Under the pieces are notes generated by a model. The model searched no databases and had not been told where the DNA came from. It saw nothing but the letters and a program-made list of their open reading frames with translations. From Candidatus Cloacimonadales bacterium (GTDB lineage Bacteria > Cloacimonadota > Cloacimonadia > Cloacimonadales > JAIOQZ01): a DNA stretch of 64,000 nt. Both the position numbers and the translations under genes were made by a program. Where the stretch lies: NCBI GenBank assembly GCA_963674825.1, contig OY771587.1, positions 3,680,001 through 3,744,000 on the forward strand, in the 5' to 3' direction. Below are positions 48,203 through 56,928 of this stretch, in pieces. Each line of letters starts with the position of its first letter. Position 1 is the stretch's first letter.

Positions 48203-49681
48203 ATGCTGAATGTCAACCTGATTTCAGGAAACACCGACCAGCAGTTCACCTTCTCCGACTTTTTCAGCCATCGAAGCAATAACTTCATATTAATGACTGA
48301 ATGCTACGATCATTTACCTTTATATCAATCGATCAATCGTTCGATCCTGCAACAAATCCTGACACTCGGTTTCGATCAGAACAAAGAGGTCCAGGATGAG
48401 GACTTGCAAGAGTTCTTCCGTCAACTGAACTGGCAAGTTAGCGCCAACCTGCAACGAATGCATGTTAATGCCGAAGGTAAGAGCATTGAGCCAGGTATAT
48501 CCCTTCTTTTCGTGTTGTTCCGCGAAAACAGGCTGACCGTCGTGCAATTCGGCAGAATTCTTTGTGGGATTGTCAGCGAAGGAACAAAAATCGAGATCGG
48601 CCACACGTGGGAGAATTTTTCGATCAAATCGCGCGAAGCGTTGAATCTACTCGGCTATAACGCGGACAACATCCCTGTTAAGCTGCACCATCACACGCTC
48701 GAACCAGGGCAATCATTCGTCGCATTTTCTTCAAAGCACGCCCAGAAGATCAGCCAGACGCAGCCCAAACCAAAATTGTGGCAAATGTTGCTCGCGGAAA
48801 TCAACGACCTTCACTGCATAGTTGAAAATCCAAAGCGATACAGTTATCATTCAAGCTTTTTTAGAAGACTGAAACCATTCCAGATCACAGCGATCATCCT
48901 TATAATGGTTATCGCGACAACAATTGTCTATTGGTTTTGGGGTCGAAATCAGGTGGAAAGCCATCTGGTTTCATTGAAAGAACGCTACCGCGAGCTGGAA
49001 CGCAACACCGATCCCGAGCGAACACCTGAGCTGCTCGGTGACCTGATTCAGTCCGTTTTCCCCTATGCCGATTCCGCCAGCATCGGTGAGATCGAGCTCA
49101 ATATTCGCCACACCATGGAGATCACCAATCGACTCGTCCAGGGACCCATGGACGAAATCGGAATATCTCGCGATTGGACACGCAAGATGGACGGCAGTTC
49201 TTCGATTATCCCGATATTCGATTCACGTGCGATTTACTACGGCTATAGTAAGAATGTGTGTGCTATCGACAAAAGTTCTCGCAAAGAGCTTTGGAAATAC
49301 GAAGCCGATTCCACTATCAGACAGTTGATCCTGACTGACGGTAATCGAATGATGGTAGCGACAAAAAGCGGGAAACTTTTCTCGCTCAATCGCTCCAATG
49401 GCGAAATGGAATGGGTTTCAACGAATGTCTCGATTGATCCGAAAGCCAGTGCACTACCAGTTCACCTGGACTTCGTACAGGATCGCCGACTGGTTTCCAG
49501 CGTACTACTATACATAGAAAATAAACAGCTTGTATTGATGGATTGTCGTGACGGGAAGCAGATTGCAGAAATGGATATTACAAGCGATTCGATTCAGATC
49601 AGCGATTATGATGTAATCGAGAAGTGCTGGTATATTGTGGAGATCGACAAGCTTTCGAAAATCAGATTCGACGTATTCTAA
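48203..49681 (+). CDS. Membrane protein: degenerate PP2C-like N-domain, TM, PQQ-like beta-propeller
   Basis: TM ITAIILIMVIATTIVYWFW; propeller repeats AIDKSSRKELWK, SLNRSNGEMEW, MDCRDGK. Confidence 0.6.
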   Translation: MLNVNLISGNTDQQFTFSDFFSHRSNNFILMTECYDHLPLYQSINRSILQQILTLGFDQNKEVQDEDLQEFFRQLNWQVSANLQRMHVNAEGKSIEPGISLLFVLFRENRLTVVQFGRILCGIVSEGTKIEIGHTWENFSIKSREALNLLGYNADNIPVKLHHHTLEPGQSFVAFSSKHAQKISQTQPKPKLWQMLLAEINDLHCIVENPKRYSYHSSFFRRLKPFQITAIILIMVIATTIVYWFWGRNQVESHLVSLKERYRELERNTDPERTPELLGDLIQSVFPYADSASIGEIELNIRHTMEITNRLVQGPMDEIGISRDWTRKMDGSSSIIPIFDSRAIYYGYSKNVCAIDKSSRKELWKYEADSTIRQLILTDGNRMMVATKSGKLFSLNRSNGEMEWVSTNVSIDPKASALPVHLDFVQDRRLVSSVLLYIENKQLVLMDCRDGKQIAEMDITSDSIQISDYDVIEKCWYIVEIDKLSKIRFDVF

Positions 49682-50919
49682 TCTTCCTTTTTCAGGCCTG
49701 ACAGCAGATCCGCTAAGTTATCGATCGATTCATCCATATCCTCTTCAGATAGCGGATCATCGTCATTCTCAACCTCTGAAACGCCCTCTCCTAGGCGGAT
49801 CATCGTCGTTCCTTCAGTATAGGCTTCAAACTCAATCTTAGATGTAGCCTTGAAGCGATCAAGAATCGACTGGATTCGATCAACCGACTCATTGATACGC
49901 GTCAGGAATCGAACAGAGTGGTCATCCAGCGACGCTTTATCCAGCACCATTTGGAGCATTTCGAGGTTGCCCTTGATGATCATCAGCGGTTGATTGATCT
50001 CGTGGTTGGCGGTTACAGCCATCGCCATTGCGGAGGTCTTGCGTTCGAGCTGGATGATCTCTTCCTGCGCGTTTTCCAATTTCTCGTATGATTCCTTTAA
50101 GTCTCGTTCGGCCTTCTTACGGTCGGAGATATCCACTAAAATGCTGATTACACCGGCAATCCTACGATTCTCGACTGCATTGATGTTCACATGATCCAGC
50201 GATAGATTGATATCCTCGAAGGTCGCTTTTTTAATGATGTAATCATGAATCTCACCATCTTGCGGCACCAACTGCATCTCGAAGGAGGTCTCCCCTGGTG
50301 CTTTGATCAGTTGCTGGTCAATGACTTCGAATTTCTTAGCCACTTCCTCTGTCATGATGTCGAAAAGAGTCGTCCAGGCAAGTTCGTTGCGGTCAACATT
50401 GAAATCTATCTCAAAAGCGGTGTTGCATCCTTCCAGATAGCCATGGATATCGCTGTAGAAGATGGGGTGTGGAATGGAATCGATGAGAATCTGCAAGAAT
50501 TCATTGCGAAACTGGAGTTGCATCTCGGATTGTTTCTGCTCGGAGATATCGGTGAGAATATTCAGGATCTCTCGCTCTTGTCCCGCGTCATCCACTATTG
50601 AGCTGGTTAACGCTCCCCAAAAGAAGGTGCCATCTTTACGTATGAACATGAGCTCGTTGTCGCAATGATCGACAACCCCATCCAGCAATCGTTGATAAGC
50701 GTCTTTGATTCGCTTGCGATACTCAGCGTGAACAATTCCTTCAAGGCCGACATTATGAACTTCATCGCTGCTGAAGCCGGTCATCTTACACCATGCCTTG
50801 TTGAAGTAGATATACTCCAGATCACTATTCAACACAGACATTCCAAGATGAGCATAGTCCATGTAAACGCATATCTGATTCATTCTCTTCGCGTTCGGAT
50901 TTGTGGTATCTTCTTGCAT
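49678..50919 (-). CDS. PAS-PAS-HisKA protein lacking an ATPase domain
   Basis: PAS/PAC motifs (N.AWCKMTG, RKDG..FW, DISEQK, DISDRK); H-box HEINQPL; ends in an acidic tail. Confidence 0.85.
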   Translation of the reverse strand: MQEDTTNPNAKRMNQICVYMDYAHLGMSVLNSDLEYIYFNKAWCKMTGFSSDEVHNVGLEGIVHAEYRKRIKDAYQRLLDGVVDHCDNELMFIRKDGTFFWGALTSSIVDDAGQEREILNILTDISEQKQSEMQLQFRNEFLQILIDSIPHPIFYSDIHGYLEGCNTAFEIDFNVDRNELAWTTLFDIMTEEVAKKFEVIDQQLIKAPGETSFEMQLVPQDGEIHDYIIKKATFEDINLSLDHVNINAVENRRIAGVISILVDISDRKKAERDLKESYEKLENAQEEIIQLERKTSAMAMAVTANHEINQPLMIIKGNLEMLQMVLDKASLDDHSVRFLTRINESVDRIQSILDRFKATSKIEFEAYTEGTTMIRLGEGVSEVENDDDPLSEEDMDESIDNLADLLSGLKKED

Positions 50920-51071
50920 CGACGCCTATTCCCTTTATTCCTCATCATAAAGTCAATTAATAATCGAGAATGAACGGGGCCCATTATTTGTAAAGAGATA
51001 TTTACTGGGGGTTGCGGAAGTGCCAATGCTGCATCGGAAATCTGCTGGTGTGTTGTTTAACGTTGGTACCT

Positions 51072-51106
51072 TGAAAAGAGAAGGGGAAGACAATCGTCTT
51101 CCCCTC
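51072..51106 (-). terminator. Rho-independent terminator
   Basis: AGGGGAAGAC-GATT-GTCTTCCCCT followed by TCTCTTTT on the minus strand. Confidence 0.8.
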
Positions 51107-51119
51107 CGGTTCCGAGGAA

Positions 51120-51278
51120 TCACCAGATGGATTCATGCTGTTTGGGGTTTTGCCTTTGCTTATCTGGCTGCAGGAACCGATCGGTTGCATAGAGTATTGA
51201 AGGGAGAACGACCGGCTCCGGTTTTGTACGACGGAGTTTTTGCAGCATGCCGAGGAGTAGAGAGACCGGATTCCTCAT
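51120..51278 (-). CDS. Putative small protein (52 aa)
   Basis: GGAG RBS overlapping the upstream stop; ATG 51278 to TGA 51120; ends just before the terminator. Confidence 0.45.
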   Translation of the reverse strand: MRNPVSLLLGMLQKLRRTKPEPVVLPSILYATDRFLQPDKQRQNPKQHESIW

Positions 51279-51287
51279 GATAATCTC

Positions 51288-51674
51288 CTATTCTGTATAT
51301 ATGCGGATGCTGACAGGATTTCCGCGATCATCCGCCAAGTCGAGACTCACGATGTCATCGATCTCGCCTCTGGCAGCTATCTCGAATATATCTTCCCAGT
51401 TCATCGCGCTAAAATCGAACTCGCTGCTTCCCACCGAGAGCCCTGCTCGAGCCTTCACCGGCACAAAACGTGCGCCAAGCTGTATCAGCGCAATGGGAAC
51501 CTTCAGCACCATCGCGGGTTTTTCTTCATCTTCTTTCCAGACATTGATCACCAGTCGGCGTGCTTGCTTCTCCTTCTTCTTCTTGGAGAGCAGCGCTTCG
51601 ATAAGTCGCGAAGCTTCAGCCGGTGTAATCTTGTTTTCCGCGACTAATCGCAGAATTTTGGCTCTTTCATCCAT
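51288..51674 (-). CDS. SHOCT-like domain protein
   Basis: MDERAKILRLVAENKITPAEASRLIEAL; GGAGG RBS. Confidence 0.8.
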   Translation of the reverse strand: MDERAKILRLVAENKITPAEASRLIEALLSKKKKEKQARRLVINVWKEDEEKPAMVLKVPIALIQLGARFVPVKARAGLSVGSSEFDFSAMNWEDIFEIAARGEIDDIVSLDLADDRGNPVSIRIYTE

Positions 51675-51688
51675 GGTCCCACCTCCGA

Positions 51689-53095
51689 TCAATCATCTAG
51701 CGCTTTCAGCAGACGTTCTGCCTCATCCACACTCAGCTTGCCTTCCTGGAGCATTTGCAGGATTTGCAGTCTGCTCTGATGCTGGTCTTCCTTTTTATGC
51801 TCTTTGTGCTCTTCATGCTCATCACCCTTCACGCGTTTGACTCGCTTGACAATGGTCTTCCATTCTGGGGATTCCTGCAGATCATTGAGATCCTTCTGCA
51901 CCGATTCAGAGATGTTCTTACCCATCTTTGACAGCTTGATTTTGAGCTCAGCGCCGAGATTGTCCAGCTCTTCGCCAAGGTTATCAAGCCCGTTGAGCTT
52001 TTCCTGATCGATCTCCATTTTGTGCTGCATCTTTTCAGAGGCCTTCTGGAGTTTCTCGCTCACTTTTTTGACCTTCTGAGCTACCTTCTCCTGATCTTCG
52101 GGCGATAGATCGATATTGACATTTCCCAGCTCGCCCCCGATTGTCCCGATTACCTTCGATACCACTTTGAGCGCGTGTTTCAGGCCTGTGTGAACACCTT
52201 CGCTAATCGTGTCATGCCCTGGTCTTGCGTCCTGAACCATTTTATTAGACATTACGATCGATCCGTTTTGCGTTTCGGCTTCGATCTTTACCTTTCCACT
52301 GCCGAGTGTTTTCTGGAACTCCTTACCGTGGGGAGTGTTCTTGATAAGGTACTCACCATCGAGCCCGATGAAGAACCTGCCGTTGTCGGTCGTGGCATGG
52401 ATATCGTAATCGACTCCATCGGGGATCACCATCTGGATTTTGCCGTTATCCGTAACAAAGCTAGCCTTGCCCACCTCAAGCGGCTTGAATTCGTAGAAGA
52501 TCTTGCCGTTATCCGTGCGGAGGTTGATGTCGTTGAAATTCATGCGAACACCTGCGATACTGCCATTATCCGTGATCGCCTCGAACCTGCCGCCTTCGCA
52601 TTCCGCGAGCTTGAGCGTTCCGTTGTCCGATTCGATGCTGATATCACCGCGCACTTTCGCGCATTTGACAGAACCGTTATCTGTAATCATCTGCATGTCA
52701 CCTATAACATCTTCCAGTATGAGCGAACCGTTATCGCTTTCCAGCCGGCCTTTCAGAGTGGCGTTAATCACATGAATACTGCCGTTATCTGCTCTTGCTT
52801 CGAGCGTGGAGTTTTCAGGTACAGAGATTACGATACGCGAACGCATCTGGCGTACTTCGGGGTCATCAATCTTGATCTCAACCTGCCCGGCTTCATCATC
52901 GGTTTCCACGCTGATAATATCTTCGATTGTGATTTCGGTATCACGGCGACGCGGCTCGAACTCGATGTCTGCTTCAATGAGCACCTGTCCACTTTCACCG
53001 CCTTTCACGCGGTAGCCAACGTTACCCGATTCAATGACAACACTCGGGGATTCTTTCACTTCGATTGTTTGTTTATGCTCTATCTTTTGCATCAT
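51689..53095 (-). CDS. DUF4097 (Toastrack/YvlB-like) beta-repeat protein with C-terminal SHOCT-like helix
   Basis: About 8 (T/S/A)DNG repeats; C-terminus RLQILQMLQEGKLSVDEAERLLKAL. Confidence 0.85.
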   Translation of the reverse strand: MMQKIEHKQTIEVKESPSVVIESGNVGYRVKGGESGQVLIEADIEFEPRRRDTEITIEDIISVETDDEAGQVEIKIDDPEVRQMRSRIVISVPENSTLEARADNGSIHVINATLKGRLESDNGSLILEDVIGDMQMITDNGSVKCAKVRGDISIESDNGTLKLAECEGGRFEAITDNGSIAGVRMNFNDINLRTDNGKIFYEFKPLEVGKASFVTDNGKIQMVIPDGVDYDIHATTDNGRFFIGLDGEYLIKNTPHGKEFQKTLGSGKVKIEAETQNGSIVMSNKMVQDARPGHDTISEGVHTGLKHALKVVSKVIGTIGGELGNVNIDLSPEDQEKVAQKVKKVSEKLQKASEKMQHKMEIDQEKLNGLDNLGEELDNLGAELKIKLSKMGKNISESVQKDLNDLQESPEWKTIVKRVKRVKGDEHEEHKEHKKEDQHQSRLQILQMLQEGKLSVDEAERLLKALDD

Positions 53096-53454
53096 TACCT
53101 CCTGCTCTTCTCGAGCTTCATCAGCGCTTCTTCCACACTGATATTACCCTCGCTGATTTCGTTCAATACATCGCTGTAATCTTCTTCAGGGCTGTCATCG
53201 CACAGTTGAATCGCGATCTCAGCCAGACGGTTCTTTACGGTCGGGTAGGATATTTTAAGACGTTTTTCGACTTCTTTGATGTTGCCGCCGCAGCAGATGA
53301 ACACCTTAACAAATTCCTGCTGTGCCGGTGCGAGCGAGGCCAGCTCGCCAATTCCGAACTTACCACGGATTGTAATATCGCAAGCCGGGCAGTGATATTC
53401 GACGATATCGAGCGCTTGATTGCACACCGGACACTGTTTGAGTCTCTTGTTCAT
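53095..53454 (-). CDS. DUF2089 family Zn-ribbon/HTH protein
   Basis: CPVC; CPAC; GNIKEVEKRLKISYPTVKNRL; GNISVEEAL. Confidence 0.9.
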   Translation of the reverse strand: MNKRLKQCPVCNQALDIVEYHCPACDITIRGKFGIGELASLAPAQQEFVKVFICCGGNIKEVEKRLKISYPTVKNRLAEIAIQLCDDSPEEDYSDVLNEISEGNISVEEALMKLEKSRR

Positions 53455-53483
53455 TTAGAACCTCCACTGTAAGATCTGGGTGC

Positions 53484-53512
53484 ATCATCGCGGACTGATT
53501 TTATTATGTCAA
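53484..53512 (-). promoter_or_regulatory. Sigma70-type promoter of the DUF2089 operon
   Basis: TTGACA-N17-GATGAT on the minus strand. Confidence 0.45.
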
Positions 53513-53713
53513 GCAGAAAATGAATTTTTTCAATGTTGCCATTAATATTATCAATATCCTGATCAATATTCCTTATGTGGCACAAAGCCGATAAGCTCGT
53601 CACACGGCTCAAGAGAAAAGATTATATGAATCCGGTTTCTAAATTATTTGTTACGGGCAAATAAATGATTATCCTATTAACATATATCAGAAAAATCCCC
53701 ATGAGGAGGTACT

Positions 53714-55384
53714 ATGTTCTCCGATATAGAGATTGCCCAAAAGGCAAAACTTCAACCAATTACCGAGATAGCCGGTCAGCTTGGGCTTACACCTGATGAT
53801 CTGGAATTGTATGGCAATTATAAAGCGAAGATAAAATACGAAGCGCTGGACAGAATCAAAGACAAACCGTTCGGCAAGCTGATCCTGGTATCCGCAATCA
53901 CACCTACGCCTGCCGGTGAAGGAAAAACAACAACATCGATCGGACTGGCGCAAGCATTGAATCGCATTGGCAAGAAGACCATCGTCGCAATACGCGAGCC
54001 ATCCCTCGGACCGGTTTTCGGAATCAAGGGTGGCGCAGCCGGAGGCGGCTATTCACAGGTTTTGCCCATGGAGGATATCAACCTCCACTTCACCGGTGAC
54101 ATGCACGCGATCACCAGCGCAAACAACACACTTGCCGCGCTAATCGATAATTACGTATATAATGATAACGAACTCGGACTGGATCCGCGCCGAATTACCT
54201 GGAAAAGAGTCCTCGACGTGAACGATCGCGCACTGCGCGACGTCGTAATCGGCTTGGGCGGAAAAAGCCAGGGCATCCCGCGTGAAGACGGCTTCGATAT
54301 TACTCCCGCATCCGAAATCATGGCGATCCTCTGCCTCTCTAACAATCTTCGCCAGCTCAAGGAACGAATCGGCAACATTACCGTGGGTTACACCTATAAG
54401 GGAGAGCCGGTAACCGTGAAGCAGCTCGGTTTCGAAGGTTCCATCACAGCGCTTCTGAAAGATGCGCTCAAGCCAAATCTGGTGCAGACTATCGAGAATA
54501 CTCCGGCCTTCGTGCATGGTGGGCCCTTCGCCAATATCGCACAGGGAACCAACAGCATCATCGCGACCAAGACCGCGCTGAGGCTAGCGGATTACGTCGT
54601 TACAGAGGCGGGATTTGGATTTGATCTTGGTGCTGAGAAATACTTCGATATCGTGTGTCCGTATGGTCAATATTGCACCAACGCAGTCGTGCTGGTAGCA
54701 ACAGTTCGCGCACTCAAGCATCATGGCGGAGCGTCGCTCAAAGACCTCAACAAGCCTGATACGAAAGCGCTTGAAGAAGGTCTTGCCAACCTTGGAAAGC
54801 ATCTGGAAAACATTCGCAAATTCGGCATGAAATCCGTGGTAGCCATCAACCGCTTTGCGACAGATACCGAAGAAGAGCTCCAGATGGTGCACGATTTTGC
54901 GCTCAAGGAAGATTTCGGCGCGAGTGTTGTTGATTTCTGGGGTCATGGAGGCGAAGGTGGAATCGAGCTGGCGGAAAAGGTGGCAGAATTGGTGGAAAGC
55001 GATTCATGCAAGCTGAATCCGCTTTACGACTGGAATCTTCCCTTTGAGGACAAAATGTTTAAGGTCGCGCACGAGATCTATGGCGCTGAGAATATCGACC
55101 TCACACCGCAAGCGAAGCAGGACCTGAAGAAGATCCAGAAGTACGGATACGAGCATCTTCCGATCTGCATTGCCAAGACGCAGAAATCGCTGTCCGATAA
55201 CCCGCAACTCCTGGGAAGGCCAAAAGACTTTCTTGTTACTGTTCGCGAGATCCTTCTGGCATCCGGCGCTGGTTTCCTAATCCCGATTACAGGTGAGATC
55301 ATGCGTATGCCCGGATTGCCCAAGAAGCCTTCCGCATTGACTATCGATGTGGATGAGAATGGCGATATAAAGGGATTGTTCTAA
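53714..55384 (+). CDS. fhs: Formate--tetrahydrofolate ligase
   Basis: TPAGEGKTT; REPSLGP.FG.KGGAAGGG; HGGPFANIA; TEAGFG; AKTQ; MPGLP. Confidence 0.97.
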   Translation: MFSDIEIAQKAKLQPITEIAGQLGLTPDDLELYGNYKAKIKYEALDRIKDKPFGKLILVSAITPTPAGEGKTTTSIGLAQALNRIGKKTIVAIREPSLGPVFGIKGGAAGGGYSQVLPMEDINLHFTGDMHAITSANNTLAALIDNYVYNDNELGLDPRRITWKRVLDVNDRALRDVVIGLGGKSQGIPREDGFDITPASEIMAILCLSNNLRQLKERIGNITVGYTYKGEPVTVKQLGFEGSITALLKDALKPNLVQTIENTPAFVHGGPFANIAQGTNSIIATKTALRLADYVVTEAGFGFDLGAEKYFDIVCPYGQYCTNAVVLVATVRALKHHGGASLKDLNKPDTKALEEGLANLGKHLENIRKFGMKSVVAINRFATDTEEELQMVHDFALKEDFGASVVDFWGHGGEGGIELAEKVAELVESDSCKLNPLYDWNLPFEDKMFKVAHEIYGAENIDLTPQAKQDLKKIQKYGYEHLPICIAKTQKSLSDNPQLLGRPKDFLVTVREILLASGAGFLIPITGEIMRMPGLPKKPSALTIDVDENGDIKGLF

Positions 55385-55425
55385 AAAAAATAGCCGTTAG
55401 ATAAACACGTTTATGGGGATGTCTC

Positions 55426-55875
55426 TTAGTCGAAGAGCCGTCCCCATATTTCCATCTCCTCGCCGATAAGATCGGAGCATTCATCACAGAGAGGCATGTA
55501 TAGCTGCCTGTCATCCGGCTTGTGGCTATGGAATTTATTCCCGCAATTACAGCACCGGATATCCGTGACATTATCCATGCCAAGTGGACATTTCAACGGT
55601 AATTCATGATAGTCGTCGTTGCAGTCCACAAATCGCTTGAACTCGTCACAGGGCGTTTCGCAGGCAGTGCAACGGAACCATTCCCATTGGTTCTGGTAGA
55701 AATTGGGTACTTCACCGCTGTAAAGCTTGCTGTAAAAACGAAATGCGAGCTTGATGAGGAAATCGATCTTCACCTTCTCGACAGTAAAATCCGGATTTTC
55801 GACAGACAGAATGCCCTGATTGACGATGAGCTCGTCAATGTATCGTTTGAGCAGTTTAAAATGTACTTCTTTCAA
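55426..55875 (-). CDS. Hypothetical Cys-rich protein
   Basis: CTACETPC; CP; CCNC; CDEC; starts 17 nt after the FlgM-like gene. Confidence 0.65.
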   Translation of the reverse strand: MKEVHFKLLKRYIDELIVNQGILSVENPDFTVEKVKIDFLIKLAFRFYSKLYSGEVPNFYQNQWEWFRCTACETPCDEFKRFVDCNDDYHELPLKCPLGMDNVTDIRCCNCGNKFHSHKPDDRQLYMPLCDECSDLIGEEMEIWGRLFD

Positions 55876-55892
55876 TGGAGGACCGTCGGATT

Positions 55893-56420
55893 TCAGCCAC
55901 GAAGCAATTCAATCAGTTTTTCCGCCGTTTTCTCAAGCACTTCAGGATCGTCGTAATATCCCTGCGCAACGCGATTACGAATCTCGACCAGCTTTTCATT
56001 GTCGATCTCATCCTCGACGGAGTCCATCTCCTCGAACTTGCTCATATATTCCCGTACTTCCAGGTTTCCCCGTACGGTGTCCTGCAGTTCGCGAGGCGAG
56101 ATGATCTTCTCGGAAATCTGCTCGTTCAGGTCATCGCCGTAATAAAAATCGCTATCGAGCTTGTCCTGCACATCGACAAGCTTCTCATTGCGCACTTCGT
56201 CGTACTTCTCCAGCTTCTCCATGGCAAAGCGCAGAATCTGTTCTGTTTCCTGCAGCTGCTTCGCCTGGTCGGAGAATTCGACACGATCCTGCTCGGAGGT
56301 AATCTCCTGGCTGGCTACTGTATCGCTCTTTTTAGCTTTTACTTTGTCTGCGGCCTCTTTTATTCGGTCCTGAGCCGCAGCCTGTGTTCCGATATGATTA
56401 CTTACCTTGTCAACTGTCAT
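55893..56420 (-). CDS. FlgM-like anti-sigma28 factor with duplicated C-terminal motif
   Basis: DRVEFS motif; EVRNEKLVDVQDKLDSDFY...ISEKII and EIDNEKLVEIRNRVAQGYY...TAEKLI. Start ATG 56420 after GGAGG. Confidence 0.75.
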   Translation of the reverse strand: MTVDKVSNHIGTQAAAQDRIKEAADKVKAKKSDTVASQEITSEQDRVEFSDQAKQLQETEQILRFAMEKLEKYDEVRNEKLVDVQDKLDSDFYYGDDLNEQISEKIISPRELQDTVRGNLEVREYMSKFEEMDSVEDEIDNEKLVEIRNRVAQGYYDDPEVLEKTAEKLIELLRG

Positions 56421-56473
56421 ACCGACCTCCACAAGAGCAGACTAGTTCGTACCGATGCAATCGGTCAAGCAAT

Positions 56474-56908
56474 TTATACCCAACGTCTGATCGCATTTTG
56501 AACCATCTCTCTCTTGTTTACGGATTGCGCTTCCGCGTATTCCGGGTTATTCACGATCTCGCTGAACGCGGTTTTCAGGTTTTCCAGAATTCCGATTGAG
56601 CGAGTAAGCATCGTGGGATCATTCTTTGCGTTCGCCTGGGAGAGGTAACGGGAAAGGAAGACATAGATCGATCTGAGGTTCTTCGAGATATCCTGTCCCT
56701 TCTCCATATCCAGCGAATAATTCAGCTCATCGATTATATTCTGAGCCTTCTTGATATATTTACCTTTGTTGTAGTAGTCATTCTTCTCAGCATAAATCCT
56801 GGCTTTGCTGAGGAACGTGATGGCTCCTGAGAACAGCATTACAACGATCTTCCCTCTGTTCATCGTGTTGATGTTGACCTGTTTGTATGCCTGAAGCCGT
56901 TGATCCAT
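56474..56908 (-). CDS. fliS: Flagellin export chaperone
   Basis: AYKQV; MLFSGA; KAQNIIDEL..SLDMEKG.DIS.NL..IY. Confidence 0.92.
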   Translation of the reverse strand: MDQRLQAYKQVNINTMNRGKIVVMLFSGAITFLSKARIYAEKNDYYNKGKYIKKAQNIIDELNYSLDMEKGQDISKNLRSIYVFLSRYLSQANAKNDPTMLTRSIGILENLKTAFSEIVNNPEYAEAQSVNKREMVQNAIRRWV

Positions 56909-56928
56909 TATTCCCCCTGTGATCTTGG

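Noticed and set aside
53570..53713. ZTP or THF riboswitch upstream of fhs
   Set aside because: No recognisable consensus; only an isolated GGGCAA.
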